A stretch of 64,000 bases of DNA from Haplodiscus bocki. Lineage: Eukaryota. Position numbers and translations under genes: made by a program. Shown here piece by piece: positions 37,301-50,330 of the stretch (its first letter is position 1; each line of letters begins with the position of its first letter). The DNA lies in the NCBI GenBank assembly GCA_965655095.1, contig OZ296657.1, positions 63,736,001 through 63,800,000 on the forward strand, given 5' to 3'. The notes under the pieces are model-generated. The model was not told the origin of the DNA. It worked only from the letters and a program-made list of their open reading frames with translations, and did no database searches.

Positions 37301-40300
37301 ATGTTTTACCAGAGAATACAGGGTTCGCAATGCACAGAGATAATCAGCCTCGTTTTTTGACTTGTTTATGAAAGCGTCATGTATAGTGATAAGCCATGGA
37401 GCCAAACCGTTCAAGGTTTGAAGATGGTTGTACAGAATGGAGGCTTAGGTGGTTGTGCACTTTTGTTTCCGGTAGAGTGAAATGCAATTTACTCAGACAG
37501 GTTGCGGCCTCAGCTGCTTATGGGATGAGTACCCTACAGAGTAGAATTTTATGTAGTTTTACTTCTTGCTGAAAAGCAACAAACAAAAGTACCAAAATTA
37601 AGTAAGTTTCAAAAGAGTACATAACGGTTGACCCGGCAATCAATAGAAGCGAAAAAACTGAAACAAATAGCTACATTGAAAAAAAAACTACAGCTCAACA
37701 CAATTGATGGAACTCCACCATCACTCTGGCAACCAATAGTCACTTAACTCTTCAACCGTAGCATTTGTTTCGCTCCCTCCTTTCTTGTAATAATGTTTGT
37801 TGTTATAGTGCTATTTTTCCCAGACTGGTGGGCAAACTGACGATTGACAGGTTTCGCTTGCACATCTGGCGACTAAATCCATAACAGACATAGTCGTTTA
37901 TTTCTCCACTGTACAGCATTTTGGTATTAACTTTGACCGTAGCAAAGATCACTCAGTCAGTACCGGATCTAAAAAACCTTTTAAAAGACAGACTTGTCGG
38001 AACAAATTTCGAACCGTGTCGGAATTTGATATTAAAAATTTACAACACGTCATTTTTGAACAAGAAATTTTCCTCAAAAAGTCAGATTTTGAGTAAATCT
38101 CTCTTATAAAGTCACTTTTCGAAGAAAAATTCAAATCTAATAACGATCGTTTTGACTCAATTCACTCCGTAAAAACGACAACTTTGCAAATTCCGTGCTT
38201 TGTTACAAGGCATGATTTCCAATGAAATTTTCACGAAAAATCAGATTCAAAAAATTTACATTGTTTCACAAAATTGAATGAGAATTTTTCATCGTGTAAG
38301 ACTTTGAATTAGAAATTTTCCAGTGTTTAAGCTTTTCGTACAGAATTTAATCGACGCGGCCGATTCTGAACTGCAAAAATGTCATCGCCGCAGATGTTGA
38401 TTCGGAACTTTTTCAACATGCCAGAATTTGAGTCTACTTCTTCTGCAGTTTGCCAAACTTTCATCAGTTTTTCAAATTAGGATAGGTTTCAACAACGTTT
38501 TTATAGTATGCTGTGGGTTCGATTGGACGAGGTATTGTGTTCGGATAGTTTCCGACTCTCCCAACGGTGTTTGGCGTGTTAGGACAATCTAAGACAGGCC
38601 TTTTGATACGAGTGTGTTCACTATAAATAGATATGGATTGCTATGCGCAAATGTTTTACCAGAGAATACAGGGTTCGCAATGCACAGAGATAATCAGCCT
38701 CGTTTTTTGACTTGTTTATGAAAGCGTCATGTATAGTGATAAGCCATGGAGCCAAACCGTTCAAGGTTTGAAGATGGTTGTACAGAATGGAGGCTTAGGT
38801 GGTTGTGCACTTTTGTTTCCGGTAGAGTGAAATGCAATTTACTCAGACAGGTTGCGGCCTCAGCTGCTTATGGGATGAGTACCCTACAGAGTAGAATTTT
38901 ATGTAGTTTTACTTCTTGCTGAAAAGCAACAAACAAAAGTACCAAAATTAAGTAAGTTTCAAAAGAGTACATAACGGTTGACCCGGCAATCAATAGAAGC
39001 GAAAAAACTGAAACAAATAGCTACATTGAAAAAAAAACTACAGCTCAACACAATTGATGGAACTCCACCATCACTCTGGCAACCAATAGTCACTTAACTC
39101 TTCAACCGTAGCATTTGTTTCGCTCCCTCCTTTCTTGTAATAATGTTTGTTGTTATAGTGCTATTTTTCCCAGACTGGTGGGCAAACTGACGTTTGACAG
39201 GTTTCGCTTGCACATCTGGCGACTAAATCCATAACAGACATAGTCGTTTATTTCTCCACTGTACAGCATTTTGGTATTAACTTTGACCGTAGCAAAGATC
39301 ACTCAGTCAGTACCGGATCTAAAAAACCTTTTAAAAGACAGACTTGTCGGAACAAATTTCGAACCGTGTCGGAATTTGATATTAAAAATTTACAACACGT
39401 CATTTTTGAACAAGAAATTTTCCTCAAAAAGTCAGATTTTGAGTAAATCTCTCTTATAAAGTCACTTTTCGAAGAAAAATTCAAATCTAATAACGATCGT
39501 TTTGACTCAATTCACTCCGTAAAAACGACAACTTTGCAAATTCCGTGCTTTGTTACAAGGCATGATTTCCAATGAAATTTTCACGAAAAATCAGATTCAA
39601 AAAATTTACATTGTTTCACAAAATTGAATGAGAATTTTTCATCGTGTAAGACTTTGAATTAAAAATTTTCCAGTGTTTAAGCTTTTCGTACAGAATTTAA
39701 TCGACGCGGCCGATTCTGAACTGCAAAAATGTCATCGCCGCAGATGTTGATTCGGAACTTTTTCAACATGCCAGAATTTGAGTCTACTTCTTCTGCAGTT
39801 TGCCAAACTTTCATCAGTTTTTCAAATTAGGATAGGTTTCAACAACGTTTTTATAGTATGCTGTGGGTTCGATTGGACGAGGTATTGTGTTCGGATAGTT
39901 TCCGACTCTCCCAATGGTGTTTGGCGTGTTAGGACAATCTAAGACAGGCCTTTTGATACGAGTGTGTTCACTATAAATAGATATGGATTGCTATGCGCAA
40001 ATGTTTTACCAGAGAATACAGGGTTCGCAATGCACAGAGATAATCAGCCTCGTTTTTTGACTTGTTTATGAAAGCGTCGTGTTTTATGATAAGCCAGAGA
40101 GCCAAACTGTTCAAGGTTTGAAGTTGGTTGTAGAGAATGGAGGCTTAGGTGGTTGTGCACTTATGTTTTAAGGTAGAGTGAATTCCTGTAATTTACTCAG
40201 ACAGGTTGCGGCCTCAGCTGCTTATGGGATGAATGTCCTACAGAGTAGAAGTTTATGAAGTTTTACTTCTTGCTGAAAATCAACAAACAAAAGTACCAAA

Positions 40301-43300
40301 ATTAAGTAAGTTTCAAAAGAGTACATAACGGTTGCCCCGGCAATCAATAGAAGCGAAACAACTGAAACAAATAGCTACATTGAAAAAAACTGCAGCTCAA
40401 CACAATTGATATAACTCCTCCATCACTCTGGGCAAACGAAGGTCATTCCACTGTTCAACTGTAGCAATTGTTTCGTTCACTCGTTTGTTTTTAAAAAGTT
40501 TGATGTTAAAATGCTTTTCTTCCCAGATTGGTGGGCAAATTGACGTTTGGCAGTTTTCGCTGGTACATCGGTCGACTAAGTCATAACAGACATAGTCGTT
40601 TATTTCTCCGCTGTACAGCATTTTGGTATTAACTTTGAACGTAGAAAAGATCTTTCAATCAGTACCGGATCTGAAAAACCCTTCAAAAATCAGATTTGTA
40701 AGAAAAATTTTTGAACCGTGTCAGATTTTGATTCGAAAATTTTACAACAAATCAGTTTTGAACAAGAAATTTTTCTCAAAAAAATAGATTTTTAGTAAAA
40801 ATCTGTTGAGAAGTTAGCTTTTGAAGAAAAGTTTATATCTAAAAACGATCATTTTGACTCAATTTACTCCGTAAAAACGACCCTTTTGCACTTTCCGTGC
40901 TTTGTTACAAGGCATGATTTCCAATGAAATTTTCACGAAAAATCAGATTCAAAAAATTTACATTGTTTCACAAAATTGAATGAGAATTTTTCATCGTGTA
41001 AGACTTTGAATTAGAAATTTTCCAGTGTTTAAGCTTTTCGTACAGAATTTAATCGACGCGGCCGATTCTGAACTGCAAAAATGTCATCGCCGCAGATGTT
41101 GATTCGGAACTTTTTCAACATGCCAGAATTTGAGTCTACTTCTTCTGCAGTTTGCCAAACTTTCATCAGATTTTCAAATTAGGATAGGTTTCAACAACGT
41201 TTTTATAGTATGCTGTGGGTTCGATTGGACGAGGTATTGTGTTCGGATAGTTTCCGACTCTCCCAACGGTGTTTGGCGTGTTAGGACAATCTAAGACAGG
41301 CCTTTTGATACGAGTGTGTTCACTATAAATAGATATGGATTGCTATGCGCAAATGTTTTACCAGAGAATACAGGGTTCGCAATGCACAGAGATAATCAGC
41401 CTCGTTTTTTGACTTGTTTATGAAAGCGTCATGTATAGTGATAAGCCATGGAGCCAAACCGTTCAAGGTTTGAAGATGGTTGTACAGAATGGAGGCTTAG
41501 GTGGTTGTGCACTTTTGTTTCCGGTAGAGTGAAATGCAATTTACTCAGACAGGTTGCGGCCTCAGCTGCTTATGGGATGAGTACCCTACAGAGTAGAATT
41601 TTATGTAGTTTTACTTCTTGCTGAAAAGCAACAAACAAAAGTACCAAAATTAAGTAAGTTTCAAAAGAGTACATAACGGTTGACCCGGCAATCAATAGAA
41701 GCGAAAAAACTGAAACAAATAGCTACATTGAAAAAAAAACTACAGCTCAACGCAATTGATGGAACTCCACCATCACTCTGGCAACCAATAGTCACTTAAC
41801 TCTTCAACCGTAGCATTTGTTTCGCTCCCTCCTTTCTTGTAATAATGTTTGTTGTTATAGTGCTATTTTTCCCAGACTGGTGGGCAAACTGACGTTTGAC
41901 AGGTTTCGCTTGCACATCTGGCGACTAAATCCATAACAGACATAGTCGTTTATTTCTCCACTGTACAGCATTTTGGTATTAACTTTGACCGTAGCAAAGA
42001 TCACTCAGTCAGTACCGCATCTAAAAAACCTTTTAAAAGACAGACTTGTCGGAACAAATTTCGAACCGTGTCGGAATTTGATATTAAAAATTTACAACAC
42101 GTCATTTTTGAACAAGAAATTTTCCTCAAAAAGTCAGATTTTGAGTAAATCTCTCTTATAAAGTCACTTTTCGAAGAAAAATTCAAATCTAATAACGATC
42201 GTTTTGACTCAATTCACTCCGTAAAAACGACAACTTTGCAAATTCCGTGCTTTGTTACAAGGCATGATTTCCAATGAAATTTTCACGAAAAATCAGATTC
42301 AAAAAATTTACATTGTTTCACAAAATTGAATGAGAATTTTTCATCGTGTAAGACTTTGAATTAGAAATTTTCCAGTGTTTAAGCTTTTCGTACAGAATTT
42401 AATCGACGCGGCCGATTCTGAACTGCAAAAATGTCATCGCCGCAGATGTTGATTCGGAACTTTTTCAACATGCCAGAATTTGAGTCTACTTCTTCTGCAG
42501 TTTGCCAAACTTTCATCAGTTTTTCAAACTAGGATGGGTTTCAACAACGTTTTTATAGTATGCTGTGGGTTCGATTGGACGAGGTATTGTGTTCGGATAG
42601 TTTCCGACTCTCCCAACGGTGTTTGGCGTGTTAGGACAATCTAAGACAGGCCTTTTGATACGAGTGTGTTCACTATAAATAGATATGGATTGCTATGCGC
42701 AAATGTTTTACCAGAGAATACAGGGTTCGCAATGCACAGAGATAATCAGCCTCGTTTTTTGACTTGTTTATGAAAGCGTCGTGTTTTATGATAAGCCAGA
42801 GAGCCAAACTGTTCAAGGTTTGAAGTTGGTTGTAGAGAATGGAGGCTTAGGTGGTTGTGCACTTATGTTTTAAGGTAGAGTGAATTCCTGTAATTTACTC
42901 AGACAGGTTGCGGCCTCAGCTGCTTATGGGATGAATGTCCTACAGAGTAGAAGTTTATGAAGTTTTACTTCTTGCTGAAAATCAACAAACAAAAGAACCA
43001 AAATTAAGTAAGTTTCAAAAGAGTACATAACGGTTGCCCCGGCAATCAATAGAAGCGAAACAACTGAAACAAATAGCTACATTGAAAAAAACTGCAGCTC
43101 AACACAATTGATATAACTCCTCCATCACTCTGGGCAAACGAAGGTCATTCCACTGTTCAACTGTAGCAATTGTTTCGTTCACTCGTTTGTTTTTAAAAAG
43201 TTTGATGTTAAAATGCTTTTCTTCCCAGATTGGTGGGCAAATTGACGTTTGGCAGTTTTCGCTGGTACATCGGTCGACTAAGTCATAACAGACATAGTCG

Positions 43301-43820
43301 TTTATTTCTCCGCTGTACAGCATTTTGGTATTAACTTTGAACGTAGAAAAGATCTTTCAATCAGTACCGGATCTGAAAAACCCTTCAAAAATCAGATTTG
43401 TAAGAAAAATTTTTGAACCGTGTCAGATTTTGATTCGAAAATTTTACAACAAATCAGTTTTTGAACAAGAAATTTTTCTCAAAAAAATAGATTTTTAGTA
43501 AAAATCTGTTGAGAAGTTAGCTTTTGAAGAAAAGTTTATATCTAAAAACGATCATTTTGACTCAATTTACTCCGTAAAAACGACCCTTTTGCACTTTCCG
43601 TGCTTTGTTACAAGGCATGATTTCCAATGAAATTTTCACGAAAAATCAGATTCAAAAAATTTACATTGTTTCACAAAATTGAATGAGAATTTTTCATCGT
43701 GTAAGACTTTGAATTAGAAATTTTCCAGTGTTTAAGCTTTTCGTACAGAATTTAATCGACGCGGCCGATTCTGAACTGCAAAAATGTCATCGCCGCAGAT
43801 GTTGATTCGGAACTTTTTCA
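25305..43820 (+). repeat. HOR copy 2 (collinear with 5010-23520)
   Basis: Same order of monomer variants as copy 1. Private SNPs GTGCATTG (~13845/34141), TTATGACAA (~15581/35878) and GTACAATTT (~15893/36190) are shared. Confidence 0.93.
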
Positions 43821-46520
43821 ACATGCCAGAATTTGAGTCTACTTCTTCTGCAGTTTGCCAAACTTTCATCAGATTTTCAAATTAGGATAGGTTTCAACAA
43901 CGTTTTTATAGTATGCTGTGGGTTCGATTGGACGAGGTATTGTGTTCGGATAGTTTCCGACTCTCCCAACGGTGTTTGGCGTGTTAGGACAATCTAAGAC
44001 AGGCCTTTTGATACGAGTGTGTTCACTATAAATAGATATGGATTGCTATGCGCAAATGTTTTACCAGAGAATACAGGGTTCGCAATGCACAGAGATAATC
44101 AGCCTCGTTTTTTGACTTGTTTATGAAAGCGTCATGTATAGTGATAAGCCATGGAGCCAAACCGTTCAAGGTTTGAAGATGGTTGTACAGAATGGAGGCT
44201 TAGGTGGTTGTGCACTTTTGTTTCCGGTAGAGTGAAATGCAATTTACTCAGACAGGTTGCGGCCTCAGCTGCTTATGGGATGAGTACCCTACAGAGTAGA
44301 ATTTTATGTAGTTTTACTTCTTGCTGAAAAGCAACAAACAAAAGTACCAAAATTAAGTAAGTTTCAAAAGAGTACATAACGGTTGACCCGGCAATCAATA
44401 GAAGCGAAAAAACTGAAACAAATAGCTACATTGAAAAAAAAACTACAGCTCAACGCAATTGATGGAACTCCACCATCACTCTGGCAACCAATAGTCACTT
44501 AACTCTTCAACCGTAGCATTTGTTTCGCTCCCTCCTTTCTTGTAATAATGTTTGTTGTTATAGTGCTATTTTTCCCAGACTGGTGGGCAAACTGACGTTT
44601 GACAGGTTTCGCTTGCACATCTGGCGACTAAATCCATAACAGACATAGTCGTTTATTTCTCCACTGTACAGCATTTTGGTATTAACTTTGACCGTAGCAA
44701 AGATCACTCAGTCAGTACCGCATCTAAAAAACCTTTTAAAAGACAGACTTGTCGGAACAAATTTCGAACCGTGTCGGAATTTGATATTAAAAATTTACAA
44801 CACGTCATTTTTGAACAAGAAATTTTCCTCAAAAAGTCAGATTTTGAGTAAATCTCTCTTATAAAGTCACTTTTCGAAGAAAAATTCAAATCTAATAACG
44901 ATCGTTTTGACTCAATTCACTCCGTAAAAACGACAACTTTGCAAATTCCGTGCTTTGTTACAAGGCATGATTTCCAATGAAATTTTCACGAAAAATCAGA
45001 TTCAAAAAATTTACATTGTTTCACAAAATTGAATGAGAATTTTTCATCGTGTAAGACTTTGAATTAGAAATTTTCCAGTGTTTAAGCTTTTCGTACAGAA
45101 TTTAATCGACGCGGCCGATTCTGAACTGCAAAAATGTCATCGCCGCAGATGTTGATTCGGAACTTTTTCAACATGCCAGAATTTGAGTCTACTTCTTCTG
45201 CAGTTTGCCAAACTTTCATCAGTTTTTCAAACTAGGATGGGTTTCAACAACGTTTTTATAGTATGCTGTGGGTTCGATTGGACGAGGTATTGTGTTCGGA
45301 TAGTTTCCGACTCTCCCAACGGTGTTTGGCGTGTTAGGACAATCTAAGACAGGCCTTTTGATACGAGTGTGTTCACTATAAATAGATATGGATTGCTATG
45401 CGCAAATGTTTTACCAGAGAATACAGGGTTCGCAATGCACAGAGATAATCAGCCTCGTTTTTTGACTTGTTTATGAAAGCGTCGTGTTTTATGATAAGCC
45501 AGAGAGCCAAACTGTTCAAGGTTTGAAGTTGGTTGTAGAGAATGGAGGCTTAGGTGGTTGTGCACTTATGTTTTAAGGTAGAGTGAATTCCTGTAATTTA
45601 CTCAGACAGGTTGCGGCCTCAGCTGCTTATGGGATGAATGTCCTACAGAGTAGAAGTTTATGAAGTTTTACTTCTTGCTGAAAATCAACAAACAAAAGAA
45701 CCAAAATTAAGTAAGTTTCAAAAGAGTACATAACGGTTGCCCCGGCAATCAATAGAAGCGAAACAACTGAAACAAATAGCTACATTGAAAAAAACTGCAG
45801 CTCAACACAATTGATATAACTCCTCCATCACTCTGGGCAAACGAAGGTCATTCCACTGTTCAACTGTAGCAATTGTTTCGTTCACTCGTTTGTTTTTAAA
45901 AAGTTTGATGTTAAAATGCTTTTCTTCCCAGATTGGTGGGCAAATTGACGTTTGGCAGTTTTCGCTGGTACATCGGTCGACTAAGTCATAACAGACATAG
46001 TCGTTTATTTCTCCGCTGTACAGCATTTTGGTATTAACTTTGAACGTAGAAAAGATCTTTCAATCAGTACCGGATCTGAAAAACCCTTCAAAAATCAGAT
46101 TTGTAAGAAAAATTTTTGAACCGTGTCAGATTTTGATTCGAAAATTTTACAACAAATCAGTTTTTGAACAAGAAATTTTTCTCAAAAAAATAGATTTTTA
46201 GTAAAAATCTGTTGAGAAGTTAGCTTTTGAAGAAAAGTTTATATCTAAAAACGATCATTTTGACTCAATTTACTCCGTAAAAACGACCCTTTTGCACTTT
46301 CCGTGCTTTGTTACAAGGCATGATTTCCAATGAAATTTTCACGAAAAATCAGATTCAAAAAATTTACATTGTTTCACAAAATTGAATGAGAATTTTTCAT
46401 CGTGTAAGACTTTGAATTAGAAATTTTCCAGTGTTTAAGCTTTTCGTACAGAATTTAATCGACGCGGCCGATTCTGAACTGCAAAAATGTCATCGCCGCA
46501 GATGTTGATTCGGAACTTTT
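40760..46520 (+). repeat. Recent 2703-bp dimer duplication
   Basis: Private SNPs CAGATTTTCAA, CAACGCAATT, TACCGCATCT, AGGATGGGTT and AAAAGAACCA each occur twice, 2703 bp apart. ORF pair 41973/44676. Confidence 0.93.
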
Positions 46521-46524
46521 TCAA

Positions 46525-49500
46525 CGTGCCAGAATTTGAGTCTACTTCTTCTGCAGTTTGCCAAACTTTCATGCGTTTTACAAATTAGGATAGGTTTCAA
46601 CAACGTTTTTATAGTATGCTGTGGGTTCGATTGGACGAGGTATTGTGTTCGGATAGTTTCCGACTCTCCCAACGGTGTTTAACGTGTTAGGACAATCTAA
46701 AACAGGCCTTTTGATACGAGTGTGTTCACTCTAAATAGATATGGATCGCTATGCGCAAATGTTTTACCAGAGACTATAGGTTTCGCATTGCACAGAGATA
46801 ATTAGTCTCATTTCTTTGACTCGTTTTTCATAGCGTCATGTATTGTGATAAGCCATGGAGCCAAACCGTTCAAGGTTTGAAGATGGTTGTACAGAATGGA
46901 GGCTTAGGTGGTTGTGCACTTTTGTTTCCGGTAGAGTGAAACGCAATATACTCAGACAGGTTGCGGCTTCATCTGCTCATGGGATGAGTGCCCTACAGAG
47001 TAGAAGTTTATGAAGTTTTACTTCTTGCTGAAACTCAAGAAACAAAAGTACCAAAATTAAGTAAGTTTCAAAAGAGTACGTAACGGTTGCCCCGGCAATC
47101 AATAGAATGAAACAACTGAAACAAACAGCTACATTGAAAAAAAACTACAGCTCAACACAATTGATGGAACTCCTCCATCACTCTGGGCAAACAAAGTTCA
47201 TTCAACTTTTCAACTGTAGCATTTGTTTCGTTCACTCGTTTGTTTTTAAAAAGTTTGTTGTTATAATGCTTTTCTTCACAGATTGGTGGTTGGTGGGCAA
47301 ATTGACGTTTGGCAGTTTTCGCTGGTACATCGGTTGACTACATCATAACAGACATAGTCGTTTACTTCTCCGCTGTACAGCATTTTGCTATTAACTTTGA
47401 ACGTAGAAAACATCTTTCAGTCAGTACCGGATCTGAAAAGCCCTCCAACAATCAGATTTCTAAGAAAAAATTTTGAACCGTGTCAGATTTTGATTCGAAA
47501 ATTTTACAACAAATCAGTTTTTGAACAAGAAATTTTTCTCAAAAAAATTAGATTTTTAGTAGAAATCTTTTGAGAAGTTAGCTTTTGAAGAAAAGTTTAT
47601 ATCTAAATACGATCATTTTGACTCAATTTACTCCGTAAAAACGACCCTTTTGCACTTTCCGTGCTTTGTTACAAGGCATGATTTCCAATGAAATTTTCAC
47701 GAAAAATCAGATTCAAAAAATTTACATTGTTTCACAAAAATGAATGAGAATTTTTCATCGTGTAAGACTTTGAATTAGAAATTTTCCAGTGTTTAAGCTT
47801 TTCGTACAGAATTTAATCGACGCGGCCGATTCTGAACTGCAAAAATGTCATCGCCGCAGATGTTGATTCGGAACTTTTTCAACGTGCCAGAATTTGAGTC
47901 TACTTCTTCTGCAGTTTGCCAAACTTTCATGCGTTTTACAAATTAGGATAGGTTTCAACAACGTTTTTATAGTATGCTGTGGGTTCGATTGGACGAGGTA
48001 TTGTGTTCGGATAGTTTCCGACTCTCCCAACGGTGTTTAACGTGTTAGGACAATCTAAAACAGGCCTTTTGATACGAGTGTGTTCACTCTAAATAGATAT
48101 GGATCGCTATGCGCAAATGTTTTACCAGAGACTATAGGTTTCGCATTGCACAGAGATAATTAGTCTCATTTCTTTGACTCGTTTTTCATAGCGTCATGTA
48201 TTGTGATAAGCCATGGAGACAAACCGTTCAAGGTTTGAAGATGGTTGTACAGAATGGAGGCTTAGGTGGTTGTGCACTTTTGTTTCCGGTAGAGTGAAAC
48301 GCAATATACTCAGACAGGTTGCGGCTTCATCTGCTCATGGGATGAGTGCTCTACAGAGTAGAAGTTTATGAAGTTTTACTTCTTGCTGAAAATCAAGAAA
48401 CAAAAGTACCAAAATTAAGTAAGTTTCAAAAGAGTACATAACGGTTGCCCCGGCAATCAATAGAAGCGAAACAGCTGAAACAAATAGCTACATTGAAAAA
48501 AAAACTACAGCTCAACACAATTGATGGAACTCCTCCATCACTCTGGGCAAACAAAGGTCATTCAACTTTTCAACTGTAGCATTTGTTTCGTTCACTTGTT
48601 TGATTTTAAAAAGTTTGTTGTTATAATGCTTTTCTTCACAGACTGGTGGCTGGTGGGCAAATTGACGTTTGGCAGTTTTCGCTGGTACATCGGTCGACTA
48701 CATCATAACAGACATAGTCGTTTAATTCTCCGCTGTACAGCATTTTGGTATTAACTTTGAACGTAGAAAACATCTTTCAGTCATTACCGGATCTGAAAAA
48801 CCCTCCAAAAATCAGATTTGTAAGAAAAAATTTTGAACCCTGTCAGATTTTGACTCGAAAATTTTACAACAAATCAGTTTTTGAACAAGAAATTTTTCTC
48901 AAAAAAAATAGATTTTTAGTAGAAATCTTTTGAGAAGTTAGCTTTTGAAGAAAAGTTTATATCTAAATACGATCATTTTGACTCAATTTACTCCGTAAAA
49001 TTGACCCTTTTGCACTTTCCGTGCTTTGTTACAAGGCATGATTTCCAATGAAATTTTCACTAAAAATTAGATTCAAAAAAATTACATTGTTTCATAAATT
49101 TGAATGAGAATTTTTCATCGTGTAAGACTTTGAATTAGAATTTTTCCAGTGTTTAAGCTTTTCGAACAGAATTCAATCGACGCGGCAGATTCTGAATTGC
49201 AAAAATGTCATCGCGGCAGATGTTAATTCGGAACATTTTCAACGTGCCAAAAATTGAGTTTACTTCTTCTGCAGTTTGCCAAACTTTCATCCGTTTTTCA
49301 AATTAAGATAGGCTTCAACAACGTTTTTATAGTATGCTGTGGGTTCGATTGGACGAGGTATTGTGTTCGGATAGTTTTTGTTTCTCCCAACGGTGTTTAA
49401 CGTGTTAGGACAATCTAAGACAGGCCATCTGATACGAGTGTGTTCACTATATTTGGATATGGATTGGTCTGCGCAAGTGTCCTACCACAGGCTACAGTGT

Positions 49501-50330
49501 TCGCAATGCACAGACTTGAATAGTGTCTTTTTTTACGAATCGTTTATGATAGCGTCATTTATTATGATAAGCATAGAGCCAAACTGTTCAAGGTTTGAAG
49601 TTGGTTATAGAGAATGAAGGCTTAGGATGTTGCGCACTTTTAATTTACGGTGAAGTGAACTCCTGCATATTACTCAGACAGCTTGCGGCCTCAGCTGCTT
49701 ATGGGAGGAGTACCCTACAGAGTAGAAGTTTATGAAGTTTTACTTCTTGCTGAAAATCAACAAACAAAAGTACCAAAAATAAGTAAGTTTCAAAAGAGTA
49801 CATAACGGTTGCCCCGGCAATCAATAGAAGCAATATAACGGAACCAATTAGCTACAATGAAAAAAACTACAGCTCAACACAATTGATGGAACTCCTCCAA
49901 CACTCTGGGCAAACGAAGGTCATTCCACTGTTCAACTGTAGCAATTGTTTCGTTCACTCGTTTGTTTTTAAAAAGTTTGTTGTTATAATGCTTTTCTTCC
50001 CAGATTGGTGGGCAAATTGACGTTTGGCAGTTTTCGCTGGTACATCTGTCGACTAAGTTATAACAGACACAGTCGTTTATTTCTCCACTGTACAGCATTT
50101 TGGTATTAACTTTGACCGTAGAAAAGATCACTCAGCCAGTACCGGATCTAAAAAACCCTTTAAACGACAGATATGTTGGAACAAGTTTTGAACCGTGTCG
50201 GAATTTGATATTAAAAATTTACAACTTATCAATTTTGAACAAGAGATTTTTCTCAAAAAATCAAATTTTGAGTAAATCGTTTTATAAAGTCACTTTTCGA
50301 AGAAAAGTTCAAATCTAATAACGATCGTTT
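46525..50330 (+). repeat. Third, more diverged copy of the rare-variant block also found at ~8640-12460 and ~28940-32760
   Basis: ORFs 47385, 49378, 49874 and 50100 correspond to 29801, 31794, 32290 and 32516 at offset 17584 (13 monomers). Confidence 0.9.

Noticed and set aside
48649-48656. GCTGGTGG Chi site
   Set aside because: A single SNP-derived occurrence, and irrelevant in this non-bacterial context.
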